DNA of 64,000 nucleotides from Nemertoderma westbladi (Eukaryota > Animalia > Xenacoelomorpha), in contig JAUCBJ010005164.1 in NCBI GenBank assembly GCA_032718475.1, positions 1 through 64,000 on the forward strand. The letters run 5' to 3'. The position numbers and the translations under genes are program-made. The notes below the pieces were generated by a model that saw only the letters and a program-made list of their open reading frames with translations, was not told the DNA's origin and did not search any database. Below, piece after piece: positions 62,377-64,000 of this stretch; position 1 is the stretch's first letter, and each line of letters begins with the position of its first letter.

Positions 62377-64000
62377 CTTACAGGAAAGCATTCACAGCTG
62401 AAACCTGGGTCCCCATCAATGCATCCTACTTACCGGGAAGCATTCACAGCTGAAACCTGGGTCCCCATCAATGCATTCTACTTACCGGCAAGCATTCACA
62501 GCTGAAACCTGGGTCCCCATCAATGCATTCTACTTACCGGGAAGCATTCACAGCTGAAACCTGGGTCCACAACAATGCATTCTACTTACCGGGAAGCATT
62601 CACAGCTGAAACCTGGGTCCACAACAATGCATTCTACTTACCGGGAAGCATTCACAGCTGAAAATTGGGTCCACAACAATGCATTCTACTTACCGGGATG
62701 CATTCACAGCTGAAACCTGGGTCCCCATCAATGCATTCTACTTACCGGCAAGCATTCACAGCTGAAACCTGGGTCCCCATCAATGCATTCTACTTACCGG
62801 GAAGCATTCACAGCTGAAACCTGGGTTCACAACAATGCATTCTACTTACCGGGAAGCATTCGCAGCTGAAACCTGGGTCCACAACAATGCATTCTACTTA
62901 CCGGCAATCATTCAAATCTGAAAACTGGGTCCCCATCAATGTATTCTACTTACCGGCAAGCATTCACAGCTGAAACCTGGGTCCCCATCAATGCATTCTA
63001 CTTACCGGGAAGCATTCACAGCTGAAACCTGGGTCCCCATCGATGCATCCTACTTACCGGGAAGCATTCACAGCTAAAACCTGGGTCCACAACAATGCAT
63101 TCTACTTACCGGCAAGCATTCACATCTAAAACCCAGGTCCCCATCAATGCATTCTACTTACCGGCAAGCATTCACAGCTGAAACCTGGGTCCCCATCAAT
63201 GCATTCTACTTACCGGCAAGCATTCACAGCTGAAACCTGGGTCCACAACAATGCATCCTACTTACCGGGAAGCATTCGCAGCTGAAACCTGGGTCCACAA
63301 CAATGCATTCTACTTACCGGCAAGCATTCACATCTAAAACCCAGGTCCCCATCAATGCATTCTACTTACCGGCAAGCATTCACAGCTGAAACCTGGGTCC
63401 CCATCAATGCATTCTACTTACCGGGAAGCATTCACAGCTGAAACCTGGGTCCACAACAATGCATTCTACTTACCGGCAAGCATTCACATCTAAAACCCAG
63501 GTCCCCATCAATGCATTCTACTTACCGGCAAGCATTCACAGCTGAAACCTGGGTCCCCATCAATGCATTCTACTTACCGGGAAGCATTCACAGCTGAAAC
63601 CTGGGTCCACAACAATGCATTCTACTTACCGGCAAGCATTCACATCTGAAACCTGGGTCCCCATCAATGCATTCTACTTACCGACAAGCATTCACAGCTG
63701 AAACCTGGGTCCCCATCAATGCATTCTACTTACCGGGAACCATTCACAGCTGAAACCTGGGTCCCCATCAATGCATTCTACTTACCGGCAAGCATTCACA
63801 GCTGAAACCTGGGTTCCCCATCAATGCATTCTACTTACCGGGAAGCATTCACAGCTGAAACCTGGGTCCCCATCAATGCATTCTACTTACCGGCAAGCAT
63901 TCACAGCTGAAACCTGGGTCCACAACAATGCATTCTACTTACCGGGAAGCATTCACAGCTGAAACCTGGGTCCACAACAATGCATTCTACTTACCGGGAA
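62377..64000 (-). repeat. 52-bp splice-donor tandem array, at least 31 copies (runs off the window)
   Basis: Minus unit TGCATTGATGGGGACCCAGGTTTCAGCTGTGAATGCTTCCCG|GTAAGTAGAA = CIDGDPGFSCECFP, a phase-0 donor matching the phase-0 acceptor of exon 60584 (GFDY...). Confidence 0.92.

Overview
Eukaryotic (animal, AT-rich introns; probably an invertebrate) genomic DNA. Almost the whole window is one large minus-strand multi-exon gene. I can read about 50 GT-AG exons with matching phases between 688 and 60584. They encode long runs of calcium-binding EGF repeats, one ShKT-type exon and two C-terminal follistatin/Kazal exons; the 5' end and probably the 3' end lie outside the window. A 5-exon cassette is duplicated four times. 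Three single-exon ORFs are nested in introns: an anoctamin/TMEM16 (48399-50921, +), a BC-box/LRR-like protein (55246-56937, -) and a 183-aa PH/EVH1-like orphan (7635-8186, +). The most striking pattern is that about 18 kb of intronic tandem arrays are amplified copies of the adjacent exon-intron junction itself. Seven arrays copy the exon 3' end and/or 5' splice donor (units of about 65/21, 20, 46, 106, 57, 106 and 52 bp), and one copies the 3' acceptor plus exon start (56 bp). In every case I can see, the in-frame site is the copy touching the exon. Several MITE/foldback elements, tRNA-derived SINEs and RTE-type LINE ends are also present. All calls were made by eye; no database search was run.
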